NCBI GenBank assembly: GCA_964452565.1
Contig: CAYVLY010000001.1
Span: 78,638 to 142,637, forward strand
DNA length: 64,000 nt
From: an uncultured Gammaproteobacteria bacterium
Lineage (GTDB): Bacteria; Patescibacteriota; Patescibacteriia; UBA9934
Direction: 5' to 3'
Numbering within the stretch: the first letter of the stretch is position 1; each line of letters starts with the position of its first letter. This document shows, in pieces, positions 16,432 to 26,649 of this stretch. Made by a program: the position numbers and the translations under genes. The notes beneath the pieces are model-generated. The model searched no databases, was not told where the DNA came from, and worked only from the letters and a program-made list of their open reading frames with translations.

Positions 16432-18033
16432 ATGGAGGCCATTTATCAATGGTTTACAAACTACTTAGCAACAACCCCACCTGATCAGCTTGGTGTTGAT
16501 ATTTTGCTTTACTTTGGATGGTTCCCGATTTTTTCGATTGTCGTATGGGGATTTTTGCAGATTTGGACAGATGTAAAACAAGGGCAGTATTGGGAAAAGC
16601 TTGAGTGGGATTTACTCGCAGTTACAATCCCACAAGATGCAGTTCAGACCCCAAAAGGAATGATGAACTTCTTTAACAACCTTTCAGGAAGTAAGTCTGC
16701 AATCACTTGGAAAGAAAAATGGTTCTGGGGAAAGTTTCAGGCCTACTTTACATTTGAGATTGTAAGTAACGGTGGACATATCCAGTATTACATTCGTACT
16801 ATCAAAAAATACCGTGATCTTGTCGAAGCAGCGCTTTATGCTCAGTATCCAGAAGCTCAGATCGTTGAGGTTGAAGACTATGTTGATCAGATTCCAAATG
16901 ATTTTCCAAACGATGAATGGGACTGTTTTGGAACAGAGCTCAGCATGTCCAAGGATCATATCTACCCAATCAAGCGCTTTGAAGACTTTGAGCATGTTGG
17001 TGAGAAGGATCTCAGATTCAAAGATCCGATCCTTCCAATGCTTGAGATGATGGGAAAGATGAGACAGGGTGAATATTACTGGATCCAGCTTTTGATTATG
17101 GGACCTGAGGGTCAGGATTGGCGTAAAGATGCAGCTAAATGGATGAAAAAGATGTATGGAATCGAGGATAAGAAAAAGAAGGGTCTCATTGAGAGTTCTA
17201 TTGGCTGGGTTCCAGCTGGTATTTTTGAACAAGTAACAGGGACGGCATTTGGTGCAGGGGATGAGCCTTCAGCAGATGATTTCAGAATGTGGAAAATGAC
17301 ACCAGACGAGCAAGATACTTTAAAGGCAGTTAATGAAAAATCAAAGGAGATAGGATGGCTTTCAAAGATCAGAATGGTTTATTGTGCAAGAAAAGAGGTA
17401 TTTCGAAAGGGAACAATTGCTTCAATGACAAAGGGGATCTTTTTACAGTTTGATTCTAGGATGAATAAACTCGGACTCACCGCTAATGTTACGACGAAAG
17501 ATGATTACTTCTGGCAGGAATGGCAAATGCCTGGAAAACAAAGGACTTTGGTTAAGAAATATAAGAACAGGTCCTTTGGTGCGGGGACAACCCCTTACAT
17601 TCTTTCATCTTCAGAGCTTGCAACTTTATGGCACTTTCCACCAGCTGACGCTAGGACACCAGTTCTTACTTCTCTTGGCGCGCGTATGGCAGAAGCTCCT
17701 GTTGAGCTAGGATTTGCACGTGATGAAGAATCGATTTTACCGAACATTGAGAGAAGCTCATCAGATGTTGAGGGTTCTGCGCCAGTTCGTGCAGAGGCTG
17801 CTCCAGAGTTTGTACCAGAGACTCCTACACCAACAGCGCCAACTACATCTGCACCAGCAGAGCAATTTGAACCTACAGTTCCTGAACCAGCCGCACCAAC
17901 TCAGGTGGAAGAGGTGTTAGCACCTGATAAGCCAGAATTTCAAGCTGGCATGCCAGCCCCAATGCCACCAGGGCTTGATATATCTGATATAGATGTCGAA
18001 CAAGCTGGGGCGCCTGACGATTTACCAGTTTAA
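16432..18033 (+). CDS. Membrane-anchored protein homologous to the N-terminal half of 38857..41355
   Basis: FEIV..I.YYI..VE..LYAQYP.A.I.EVEDY and ELATLWHFP match LEMV..I.FYI..VE..LHAQY..A.I..VKDY and ELAGLWHLP. Confidence 0.8.
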   Translation: MEAIYQWFTNYLATTPPDQLGVDILLYFGWFPIFSIVVWGFLQIWTDVKQGQYWEKLEWDLLAVTIPQDAVQTPKGMMNFFNNLSGSKSAITWKEKWFWGKFQAYFTFEIVSNGGHIQYYIRTIKKYRDLVEAALYAQYPEAQIVEVEDYVDQIPNDFPNDEWDCFGTELSMSKDHIYPIKRFEDFEHVGEKDLRFKDPILPMLEMMGKMRQGEYYWIQLLIMGPEGQDWRKDAAKWMKKMYGIEDKKKKGLIESSIGWVPAGIFEQVTGTAFGAGDEPSADDFRMWKMTPDEQDTLKAVNEKSKEIGWLSKIRMVYCARKEVFRKGTIASMTKGIFLQFDSRMNKLGLTANVTTKDDYFWQEWQMPGKQRTLVKKYKNRSFGAGTTPYILSSSELATLWHFPPADARTPVLTSLGARMAEAPVELGFARDEESILPNIERSSSDVEGSAPVRAEAAPEFVPETPTPTAPTTSAPAEQFEPTVPEPAAPTQVEEVLAPDKPEFQAGMPAPMPPGLDISDIDVEQAGAPDDLPV

Positions 18034-18034
18034 T

Positions 18035-20125
18035 ATGCCAATGCGATACCCGCATGATCACGAAAATGACGTAATATATTTCGGACGAGTTAATTTCCGT
18101 AATAAATTGCAAACCTTTGGGGTAAAAACTGACGATAGACGTCGGCATATTTATGTTGTTGGAAAAACAGGTATGGGTAAAACAACCCTGCTTGAAAACA
18201 TGATACTTTCTGACATCTATGCTGGACATGGCTGCGCTTATATTGACCCTCACGGAGATACAGCTGAGAAGTTGCTTGATTATATTCCAAGTTGGCGTAT
18301 CAATGATGTTGTTTATTTTGATCCATCAGATCTTGAACACCCAATCGGATTTAATATTTTGGAAGCAGTAGATGAGAAAATGAAGCATTTAGTTGCAGCA
18401 GGGATGATGTCAGTGTTTAAAAAAATCTGGGAAGGAGTCTGGTCTGCACGAATGGAATACATCTTGAATAACACGATCTTGGCTTTGATGGATACACCAA
18501 AGACAACACTTCTTGGAATTAATAGAATGCTCTCAGACGATTCGTATAGAAAAGAGATTATATCAAATGTAAAAGATCCGATCGTTAAGCAGTTCTGGGT
18601 GATGGAGTTTGAAAGTTATCAGTCAAAGTTTGCTTCAGAGGCTGTAGCCCCGATTCAGAACAAGGTTGGTCAGTTTCTTTCAGCGAGCATTATTCGAAAT
18701 ATCGTTGCTCAGGCCAAATCATCCATGAATATTCGTGAGTTAATGGACAATCAGAAGATTTTTATTGTTAATCTATCAAAGGGACGCATTGGAGAAGATG
18801 CTTCAAGGCTGCTTGGAGGGCTTTTGATTACGAAAATTCAGATGTCTGCGATGGAACGAGTTGATGTGCTTGAGGAGGAGCGACAGGATTTTTACATGTA
18901 CGTTGATGAGTTCCAAAACTTTGCAGTTGAATCATTTGCTTCTATTTTGTCTGAGGCGCGAAAGTATCGACTAAACTTGGTCATGGCGCATCAGTATATT
19001 GCACAGCTTACAGAAGAGGTACGTGATGCTGTTTTTGGTAACGTTGGAACAATAATTACGTTTCGTGTTGGTGGGCCAGATGCTGCTTTTATGGAAGAGG
19101 AGTTCATGCCAAGGTTTTTACCAAATGACATGATCAACCTTCCTAAGTTCCATGTTTATCTAAAGTTGATGATCGATGGAGTTACATCTCAGCCATTTTC
19201 AGCACTGACATTGCCTCCAATCGCAACAAACACTAGTTCACGTGAAAGAGTTGTGGAGCAGTCTCGCGAGCGTTATGCTGGGAGTAAGGAAAAAATTGAG
19301 GAAAAGGTTGCTGAGTGGAGTGGGTTTGGAAAAGATGTTGATTTAGAAGGTGAATACGCTAAAGCAAAGCAGACCAAAAAGGATGCTAAAAAGGCAAGAT
19401 TTTCACATGAGTACACATGCACGCGCTGTGGAAAGGTATTCCCATTGCCAGTTGAGTTGGATCGATCAAGACCGATTTATTGTGAGGAATGTCATCCGAT
19501 TGTAATGGAAGAGAGAAAGAGTGGTAAAAAAAGAGGCGGTGAGAAAAGACAGTCTCGGGAAAGAGAAAAGAAAGTAGTTGAAAAGCCGCCAAAGGTTGAT
19601 GAGGGTGAGGTTATAGAAAAGGACACTGGAAAGACAGTGGGTCTTGATGCTTTGTCGTCCGATAAGATTAAAGACAAGAAGGAAAGAAAGCCTGAACCAG
19701 AGAAGAAAAAAGAAAAGCCAAAGCCAGAGATCGAGGCTAAGGAGATGATGGATCAGAACTCAGAACTCAGAACCCAGAACGCAGACAAAGATCAAAATCT
19801 GAAGAACCAATCAGAAGGGCAGGAGAAAAGGCCTGATCGGCCTAAGCAGGAACCAAAACCTGATAAAAGACCGCAGCAAAGAGAGTCACGGCAAAGGGGT
19901 GATCAACAAGATCGATCAAGTCAACAAGAGCAGCCAAAGCGCAAGCGACGTAGGAGAAAGAGGAAGAAGAAACCGGGTGGAGGATCTGGGAATCAAAATC
20001 AAGCAGATTCTTCGACTAGGCCTCAGAAAGACGTAGATACTGGTAAAAAGCCAAAGGCAGATAGGTCAAGAGATAATAAAACCCAATCAGTACTTCCTGG
20101 CGAACGAGTGACATTCGAGGAGTAA
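18035..20125 (+). CDS. VirD4/TraD-like (HerA/FtsK superfamily) ATPase with CxxC-x17-CxxC motif and charged tail
   Basis: DRRRH.Y..GKTGMGKT, IDPHGD, YVDEFQNF, LSEARKYRL; CTRC..CEEC. Confidence 0.85.
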   Translation: MPMRYPHDHENDVIYFGRVNFRNKLQTFGVKTDDRRRHIYVVGKTGMGKTTLLENMILSDIYAGHGCAYIDPHGDTAEKLLDYIPSWRINDVVYFDPSDLEHPIGFNILEAVDEKMKHLVAAGMMSVFKKIWEGVWSARMEYILNNTILALMDTPKTTLLGINRMLSDDSYRKEIISNVKDPIVKQFWVMEFESYQSKFASEAVAPIQNKVGQFLSASIIRNIVAQAKSSMNIRELMDNQKIFIVNLSKGRIGEDASRLLGGLLITKIQMSAMERVDVLEEERQDFYMYVDEFQNFAVESFASILSEARKYRLNLVMAHQYIAQLTEEVRDAVFGNVGTIITFRVGGPDAAFMEEEFMPRFLPNDMINLPKFHVYLKLMIDGVTSQPFSALTLPPIATNTSSRERVVEQSRERYAGSKEKIEEKVAEWSGFGKDVDLEGEYAKAKQTKKDAKKARFSHEYTCTRCGKVFPLPVELDRSRPIYCEECHPIVMEERKSGKKRGGEKRQSREREKKVVEKPPKVDEGEVIEKDTGKTVGLDALSSDKIKDKKERKPEPEKKKEKPKPEIEAKEMMDQNSELRTQNADKDQNLKNQSEGQEKRPDRPKQEPKPDKRPQQRESRQRGDQQDRSSQQEQPKRKRRRRKRKKKPGGGSGNQNQADSSTRPQKDVDTGKKPKADRSRDNKTQSVLPGERVTFEE

Positions 20126-20126
20126 T

Positions 20127-20915
20127 ATGACAATACCTCAGGCAATAATTGCAGGTATCGTTCAAGGAATCACTGAGTTTATTCCAATATCAAGTTCTGG
20201 TCATCTGATTATAGTACGTGAACTTTTTGGAATTGAAATGGAAAGTCTAAGTTTTGATGTTGCCGTCCATATCGCAACGCTTGCGGCTGTAGTTTGGGTA
20301 ATGCGCAGGGAGATTTTCGATATTGTTAAAGAGTTCTTTTCTAAGAAGATCTGGAAATCAACTGGGCTTAAGATAATTGCAGCAACAATACCAGCTGTTA
20401 TCTTCGGACTCATTCTAAATGGTGATTTGATCGACCTGATTCGAACAACTCAAGTGGTTGCAGTGTCATTAATATTTTGGGGCATTGTTTTGTTCATTGC
20501 TGACATTTTTGCTAAAAAGCAGAAGAAGCTGATCGAAAAGCTCCAAAAAATTGGCTGGATTCGCGCAATTATAATCGGTATAGCACAAGCTATCGCGCTT
20601 ATTCCAGGCACGTCACGCGCTGGAATCACAATGACAGCTGGACTTTTTACAGGGATCGATCGGGTGCGTGCAGCACGATTCTCTTTTCTTCTTTCAATAC
20701 CAGTAATCCTTGGAGCTGGTTTATTAACAGCTGTCGAGGCTGTTGAAACAGGGCTAGATATTGGTATTGGGATTCTGATCGCGGGTTGTATTGCGGCGCT
20801 TATCTCAGGAATTATCGCAATTCGATTCTTATTAAAGTTTTTGGAAAAGGGGACATTTGCTGGTTTTGCAGCTTACAGAATCATAATTGGCCTTTTGTTG
20901 TTAATTCTTATTTAG
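20127..20915 (+). CDS. uppP: Undecaprenyl-diphosphate phosphatase
   Basis: GIVQGITEFIPISSSGHL, PGTSRAG.T, ARFSFLLSIP. Confidence 0.95.
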   Translation: MTIPQAIIAGIVQGITEFIPISSSGHLIIVRELFGIEMESLSFDVAVHIATLAAVVWVMRREIFDIVKEFFSKKIWKSTGLKIIAATIPAVIFGLILNGDLIDLIRTTQVVAVSLIFWGIVLFIADIFAKKQKKLIEKLQKIGWIRAIIIGIAQAIALIPGTSRAGITMTAGLFTGIDRVRAARFSFLLSIPVILGAGLLTAVEAVETGLDIGIGILIAGCIAALISGIIAIRFLLKFLEKGTFAGFAAYRIIIGLLLLILI

Positions 20916-20916
20916 T

Positions 20917-21465
20917 ATGGGGGAGTTGGAGGTAATAATTTTGATTCTATCATCAGTTATAGTTTTGTTGATTATTGCTGGTACAGTTCTTTCAATTCGA
21001 TTTAAGCACGCACGAGATAGGTTTGAGCAGATTTTTTTAAAGTCAAACGATGCAATGTTTCTTGTAGATATGTATGGAAAGATTAAAAAGGCAAACAAGG
21101 TGTCATCAGAGTTATTTAGGTACGATCTAAAGGTATTGAAAAAAATGGCGGTTTTTGATCTTCACAAGCCAGAGGATATACCTAAAGCAAAGGAGATGTT
21201 TGAGAATATAAAGATGAGACCTGGATCAAAGTTTGAACTTGAGTTAGTTAGATCTGATCAAGAGTCAATAGATGTTGAGATATCAGCAAGCTTGATCGAT
21301 AAGTCAACCATGCTTGCGATTATGAGAGATATTTCTGGACACAAGTTAAGAGAAGTCCAGATGAAAAAGAAGGCTGAAGAACTACAAAGAATCAATAAAC
21401 TCATGATTGGACGAGAGTTGAAGATGAAAGAGATGAAGCAACATATAAGTAATAACAGAAAATAA
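20917..21465 (+). CDS. TM-PAS protein with no output domain, ending in a GRELKM helix
   Basis: One TM, PAS (DAMFLVD..G.I..AN..RDIS), C-terminus LQRINKLMIGRELKMKEMK. Confidence 0.8.
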   Translation: MGELEVIILILSSVIVLLIIAGTVLSIRFKHARDRFEQIFLKSNDAMFLVDMYGKIKKANKVSSELFRYDLKVLKKMAVFDLHKPEDIPKAKEMFENIKMRPGSKFELELVRSDQESIDVEISASLIDKSTMLAIMRDISGHKLREVQMKKKAEELQRINKLMIGRELKMKEMKQHISNNRK

Positions 21466-21467
21466 TC

Positions 21468-23912
21468 ATGCAGCCAGGTGGACTAAAAAATAAACTCTCT
21501 TTAGCAGTAGTTGCTATTATTGCTGTTTTGGGATTGGCTGCGACATTGATGGTTTACCGCTATGCAAGTCAAGAGTTTTTGGAGTATGAAAAGGGTGAGG
21601 TAGAGCTTACTGCAACTGAGAAATCAAACCAGATCAATTCAATAATGAATTATGGCTTCGCTGCTGTAACTACACTTGGTAGCCATCAGGCTGTTGCAGA
21701 TTTTGTAACAGGAGCAGATGGAAGGATTACGCAGGAGCAGATGTTGAATCAGTTAATTGATGCTAATATTGCTGATTTGTTTTCTGCTATTTATATAATG
21801 GATGAAACTGGCTTAACCCTGGTCTCAACTGATGAAAGATTTACTGGAAACAACTACGGGTTTAGAACGTACTTCGAAACTGCAAAAAATGGTGAGGTTT
21901 CGGTTGATGTAGCGCTTGGGGTAACGAGCCAGAAAATTGGATTCTATTTCTCAAGCCCTATTTATGATAGTGCTGGTGAATTTGCAGGTGTTGTTGTTGC
22001 AAAGCTAGAGCCTGATGCACTTGGTGGAGTACTTGCACTGCCATCTGTCATGCAACACGCACACATAATGTTTGTTGATCGCTTTGGTGTGATCGTATAT
22101 TCAGGTAATACAGAACATGAATTGATGGCTCTATCAGAACTTGACGATGATCAGCTTGCGGAGATTGATGAAAAAAGATATTACGAGGGCGCAATGTTGG
22201 CGTCTATGGGGCTAGATCAGATTGCAGATTCTCTATTTATACAAGATTACTATTTGATAAAGAGTGTTGAGAGTGCCACAGGCGAGGAATTCATTATAGG
22301 GATTGATAGAATCGGTGATACTTCTTTTCATCTTTTAATAATGGAGGAAACTGAGCATTATCTTGTTGCAGTAAGAAATCTTGCATATCTAATCTCGCTT
22401 TTCGTACTTTTAGCTGCAGTTCTTGCTGCATTAATTATTTCAGGAATTATCTCTCGATTTTTGTCACCACTTGATAAGTTGCGTATTGCTGCGCAAAGGA
22501 TTACGGCTGGGGATTTTTCTCAAAGTGTGGATATCGAGCAAAAGAATGAACTCGGACTTTTGGCACAGGCGTTTAATAGAATGATGAGCTCTTTGATAAG
22601 TGAAAAGGAGCGAGTCGATCAACAGATCTCAGTACAGACCGAACAGTTACGATCGCAGACCGGTGAGCTTGAACAGCGTCAAGCAGCTATGATGAATGTG
22701 CTTGAGGATGTGGCAGATGAAAAGAATAAGACCCAGCAGGTTGCCCAAGATCTACGCAAGTTCAAAATGGCTGTTGATGGAACATCTGATCATGTTGTAT
22801 TAACTGATCCCAATGGAGTAGTTCTTTATGCAAATCCTGCAGTAAAACGCATTACAGGTTTTTCTATTGAGGAGGTAGTTGGTAAGAAAGTTGGCATAAA
22901 GATGATGTGGGGAGGTTTGATGGATTTGGGCTTTTACAAAAAACTATGGGATACGATAAAGATCCAAAAAAGAGTGTTTGTTGGCGAAATCCTCAATAAA
23001 CGAAAAAATGGCGATTTATACGAAGCTGCTGTGACCATAACCCCAATCCTTGATGAAAAAAATAATGTGATTTTCTTTTTGGGTATTGAACGCGACATTA
23101 CGATTGAGAAGAACATCGAACGCGCAAAATCTGACTTTGTTTCTTTAGCATCTCATCAGCTTCGTACCCCGCTGACTGCTATTCGTTGGTATCTTGATTT
23201 GATGCTAGAGGGAGATGTCGGGAAGATGACAGAGGAGCAACTGGATTATCTGAATACAATCAAAGTCAGCAATATACGAATGGTTAATCTTGTTAACTCA
23301 CTATTGAATGTGTCTAGGCTTGAGCTTGGAACCTTCTCTGTTGATCCAGAACCAGTTGACCTCATCAAGATGATCAAGTCTGAATTAGAAGAGCTTGGTG
23401 TGCAGATTCGAACAAAGAGGTTAACACTTGCTGAGAATTATGATCAAACAATTGGCGAACTATCTCTTGATGTTAATTTATCAAGTATTGTTGTTCAAAA
23501 TATCATTTCTAATGCTGTTAAGTATACAAAGGATGAGGGTGAGATATACATTGATCTTTATCAAGGAACTCAAAAGGGTAATCCGAGCAAGAGCCCAACA
23601 CATGTTATCTTTAAAGTTCGAGATACTGGTGAGGGAATTCCTCAAAGTGATCAGCATAGGATTTTTGAAAAGATGTTCCGTGCTGATAATGCTCGAACAA
23701 TAGATCCAGAAGGAAATGGACTCGGACTCTATATGGTCAAGAAAGTTATTGAGGAGACTGGTGGAAGGATTTGGTTTGAAAGTAAAGAGAATGAAGGCAC
23801 TACGTTCTATGTTGCGATTCCAAAGAAGGGGATGAAGAGGCGTGAAGGGACTAAGAGATTGGCATCAGAAGTTGTAAAATCAAATGGCATTAAGCCAGCT
23901 TCAGATAAGTAA
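21468..23912 (+). CDS. Sensor histidine kinase (Cache-HAMP-PAS-HisKA-HATPase)
   Basis: H box ASHQLRTPL, N box NIISNAVKYT, DTGEGI, GNGLGL; HAMP NELG.LA.AFN.M. Confidence 0.95.
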   Translation: MQPGGLKNKLSLAVVAIIAVLGLAATLMVYRYASQEFLEYEKGEVELTATEKSNQINSIMNYGFAAVTTLGSHQAVADFVTGADGRITQEQMLNQLIDANIADLFSAIYIMDETGLTLVSTDERFTGNNYGFRTYFETAKNGEVSVDVALGVTSQKIGFYFSSPIYDSAGEFAGVVVAKLEPDALGGVLALPSVMQHAHIMFVDRFGVIVYSGNTEHELMALSELDDDQLAEIDEKRYYEGAMLASMGLDQIADSLFIQDYYLIKSVESATGEEFIIGIDRIGDTSFHLLIMEETEHYLVAVRNLAYLISLFVLLAAVLAALIISGIISRFLSPLDKLRIAAQRITAGDFSQSVDIEQKNELGLLAQAFNRMMSSLISEKERVDQQISVQTEQLRSQTGELEQRQAAMMNVLEDVADEKNKTQQVAQDLRKFKMAVDGTSDHVVLTDPNGVVLYANPAVKRITGFSIEEVVGKKVGIKMMWGGLMDLGFYKKLWDTIKIQKRVFVGEILNKRKNGDLYEAAVTITPILDEKNNVIFFLGIERDITIEKNIERAKSDFVSLASHQLRTPLTAIRWYLDLMLEGDVGKMTEEQLDYLNTIKVSNIRMVNLVNSLLNVSRLELGTFSVDPEPVDLIKMIKSELEELGVQIRTKRLTLAENYDQTIGELSLDVNLSSIVVQNIISNAVKYTKDEGEIYIDLYQGTQKGNPSKSPTHVIFKVRDTGEGIPQSDQHRIFEKMFRADNARTIDPEGNGLGLYMVKKVIEETGGRIWFESKENEGTTFYVAIPKKGMKRREGTKRLASEVVKSNGIKPASDK

Positions 23913-24022
23913 GATCCAATCAAAAGCACAAAACCCCGCGACGGCCGAGAGCCTTGCGGGGTTTTTGGTAAGTAGGGCTTGCTTTATTCGATATTTATGC
24001 TATACTCTTCGCGCTAGATAAT

Positions 24023-24097
24023 GGCCCTATCGTCTAGCGGCTAGGACGCCGCCCTCTCACGGCGGAAACCCGGGTTCGATTCCCGGTAGGGTCACCA
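24023..24097 (+). tRNA. tRNA-Glu (CTC)
   Basis: Acceptor GGCCCTA/TAGGGTC, anticodon arm CCGCC-CT CTC AC-GGCGG, GGTTCGATTCC, encoded CCA. Confidence 0.97.
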
Positions 24098-25465
24098 ATA
24101 AGAAAGCCACCGTAAGGTGGCTTTCTTATTGGTCTGCTGAATCGAACCCGGGTTGTGCAGGGTTTGATATCCCGGCTGTGTCCTTCCGAAGCCCGAAGGG
24201 CGAAGGAGGGTAGGGTCACCATAAGGGACTCGTCACCGCAACGGGTCTTTTGTTGTTCTAAAATTAGCGATAATTTTGTAGTTACAAGGTCAATTCTTAT
24301 CCAAGTGAATCTAATAAATAAAATGTTTTCAAAAATGGCATGTATGGTAGAATCTATCTAGAAAAAAGATGTTGAATATTTAGTTACAAAAAAATATGCA
24401 AGAAGAACGATCGATGTGTGGTAGGTGTGGGTATCCAACTCACATGGGAAAACATGCCCCAGATTGTGCGGCGTTAAAAAAAGGGTCAGAAAAAAAGTCT
24501 GACCAGGGAAATGAGGTTGATCCATATGGACCAGAGGCAATACGCCGTGATATTCAAAGCAAAGTAGAGATTCTTAGATCCTGGGCAGAAAGGCTGGGAC
24601 TTAAAGAGGGTAAGGATTTATTGATCATCGAAAGCATTGAAGATTTTGTTGGTGATGATTATGATATTGCCCCTCACGAAGCTAAGTCATTCGCAGTTGG
24701 TATTTTGGAACCACACTATAAAGCCTTCCGTGAGTATGTTTTAGGTGAGTACAGGCAACAGAGAAAAAAAAGGAATCCAAAAGGTGATGTGCAGATCTAC
24801 TATAGCTGGGGAGGAAGATTCCTTGTTGGGTGGGACGGGGTGCCATTCGAAACTGTAGCAATGGAAAGTATTGATCCGCCACGTGCTCAAACTCACCATG
24901 AAGAGTTCAAAAATTTTTTCAAGGATCGATATGGCTTTGAGTTCCCCACATCGGATATGCTTAACCCTTTGCTGGCTGAAATGAGTCGGGCTGGTCTTTC
25001 AACGTATGAACAGGCTCTTGCTAATCTGAAAGATAAACGAGGAGCCGGTACCCTCCCAGACGAGGGCTATGCAGCCATTGACTCATTGGAGTATGCCATT
25101 GTCATTCTGAAAGATGCAGCCTTAGGTAAAGCGCTCGTGGATCTACCTGAAACAATTGAGGGTGCAATGGAAGATAAAATGGCTCATTATGTTGATCTAA
25201 CCTATAACGCTGAGTCTATTATTGACTGTGATCAGGTAGCTGAACTATCTGGTTTACCGTTCTCTGACGATATTCGTCTGGATAAACTTTTTGATCGTTG
25301 GAATTTTGATCGAAATAGTATGGAAGATGTGTGTCATGGGTTTGCAGATTATTTAGACGAAGTTGGGCGCTAGAGTTTCAACTTGAATAACCAGAAAACA
25401 ACTCCATTTTTTTAATTCAGCTGCAAGATGGTTGAAACCAAGTCGCTCTAGGGTCACCAATAAGA
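24087..25465. mobile_element. Putative mini-island bounded by duplicated tRNA-Glu 3' end
   Basis: TAGGGTCACCAATAAGA at 24087-24103 and 25449-25465; partial third copy 24209-24221; no integrase inside. Confidence 0.6.
24396..25373 (+). CDS. Hypothetical protein with N-terminal CxxC...H...C motif
   Basis: 325 aa; CGRCGYPTHMGKHAPDC. Confidence 0.7.
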   Translation: MQEERSMCGRCGYPTHMGKHAPDCAALKKGSEKKSDQGNEVDPYGPEAIRRDIQSKVEILRSWAERLGLKEGKDLLIIESIEDFVGDDYDIAPHEAKSFAVGILEPHYKAFREYVLGEYRQQRKKRNPKGDVQIYYSWGGRFLVGWDGVPFETVAMESIDPPRAQTHHEEFKNFFKDRYGFEFPTSDMLNPLLAEMSRAGLSTYEQALANLKDKRGAGTLPDEGYAAIDSLEYAIVILKDAALGKALVDLPETIEGAMEDKMAHYVDLTYNAESIIDCDQVAELSGLPFSDDIRLDKLFDRWNFDRNSMEDVCHGFADYLDEVGR

Positions 25466-25509
25466 CCGCAGGATATACCTGCGGTCTTATTGTTTAGTCT
25501 CCGATCGGA

Positions 25510-26607
25510 TTATAGATCAAATCCGGTTTGTTCTATGTATGCCTCGTAGATTTCTTTGTGCGTTCCGAAGTTGAATAGTCCCATGTCTTCAAGTTTCCCA
25601 ATTTCTGAGAAGAAGTAGTTAAGCAATACCACATTGTCTTTGACATATAGGTTTGATGGAATATAGACTGTCATCTTTGCAACCCCACGTTCGGGATCGT
25701 AGTGCTCTGCGACATCAATGATTGACGCGACAATCACATCAACATCCTGTGCGGTGAATTCACAACTTGAGCTTTTTCTACATTTATCATCTTCATCTTC
25801 TGCAGCATAGTCAAGCCTATCAATGCTTCCAGGCATCATTATGATAACCGGATCATCATCAGCTATAAGATCATTTGAGTCTGCAAGAGGGATGGGGTAG
25901 ATAGCCTCATAAATGTCTTCAGGAAGACTAACATGCCAGCCATCGCCTTTAATGTATTCATCTGTCCATTTTTCATCAGGTCGGTTTTCATAAGGGATTG
26001 CAAGCAGATGTGCGCCAACAATTCCGTTCAGATACTTGAATCCCGCAAGCGATGCAGCTGTTGCCCAGTCATTGATACTTCCACCACCAGAGCATCCCAG
26101 ATTGTTCTCCTCACCGATAAGATCATCAATGATTGATTTATTACGTTCAAATGACTTTGAATAATCCTCAGCACTGATTTCGATATCTGCATAGCGCGAT
26201 CCAAGATCGCAATGAGTCTGTACTCCATGTCCGCTTTCGAAGATTTCTTGCAAAATATTTATTCCCCAAATGCTGTTGGCGATTGCAAATGGTTTTTCAC
26301 TTTCAATACTTAAGATGGCCCCAACTGTATCAGCAAGCTCCATTGCAAAGCGTAACTGTTCAACATGAAGCAAAAATCCCATTTCGTTTTCATCGTCCGT
26401 GAACTCATGCTCCATATGAGTCATAATTGTGAGGTAAAGCTGGTTTTCAGGTTCATCAACATCATCCATGGATATAACACCTGGCGTAGTTTGATCATCT
26501 GAATCCTGTGGAACAGTCTCCTCCATCCAGAAGAAGAAAAGCGCCAATACTGCTAGAAGAATGACGATTATTATTGAAGTAAGAATGGCATTTCTATGTG
26601 ATTTCAT
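25510..26607 (-). CDS. Membrane-anchored hypothetical protein, possibly a metal-dependent deacetylase-like barrel
   Basis: N-terminal TM; THMEH and GHGVQTH motifs; TATACT 8 nt before ATG. Confidence 0.65.
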   Translation of the reverse strand: MKSHRNAILTSIIIVILLAVLALFFFWMEETVPQDSDDQTTPGVISMDDVDEPENQLYLTIMTHMEHEFTDDENEMGFLLHVEQLRFAMELADTVGAILSIESEKPFAIANSIWGINILQEIFESGHGVQTHCDLGSRYADIEISAEDYSKSFERNKSIIDDLIGEENNLGCSGGGSINDWATAASLAGFKYLNGIVGAHLLAIPYENRPDEKWTDEYIKGDGWHVSLPEDIYEAIYPIPLADSNDLIADDDPVIIMMPGSIDRLDYAAEDEDDKCRKSSSCEFTAQDVDVIVASIIDVAEHYDPERGVAKMTVYIPSNLYVKDNVVLLNYFFSEIGKLEDMGLFNFGTHKEIYEAYIEQTGFDL

Positions 26608-26649
26608 ATGCGCATAGTATAGCCATTTTATGGTATAATAATCAAGGAT

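Noticed and set aside
16432-20125. Conjugative element or prophage
   Set aside because: No relaxase, VirB4, integrase or phage genes; host-like composition and operon continuity with uppP.
24034-24361. Short ORFs over tRNA-Glu and its downstream repeats
   Set aside because: Spurious translations of tRNA and palindromic repeats.
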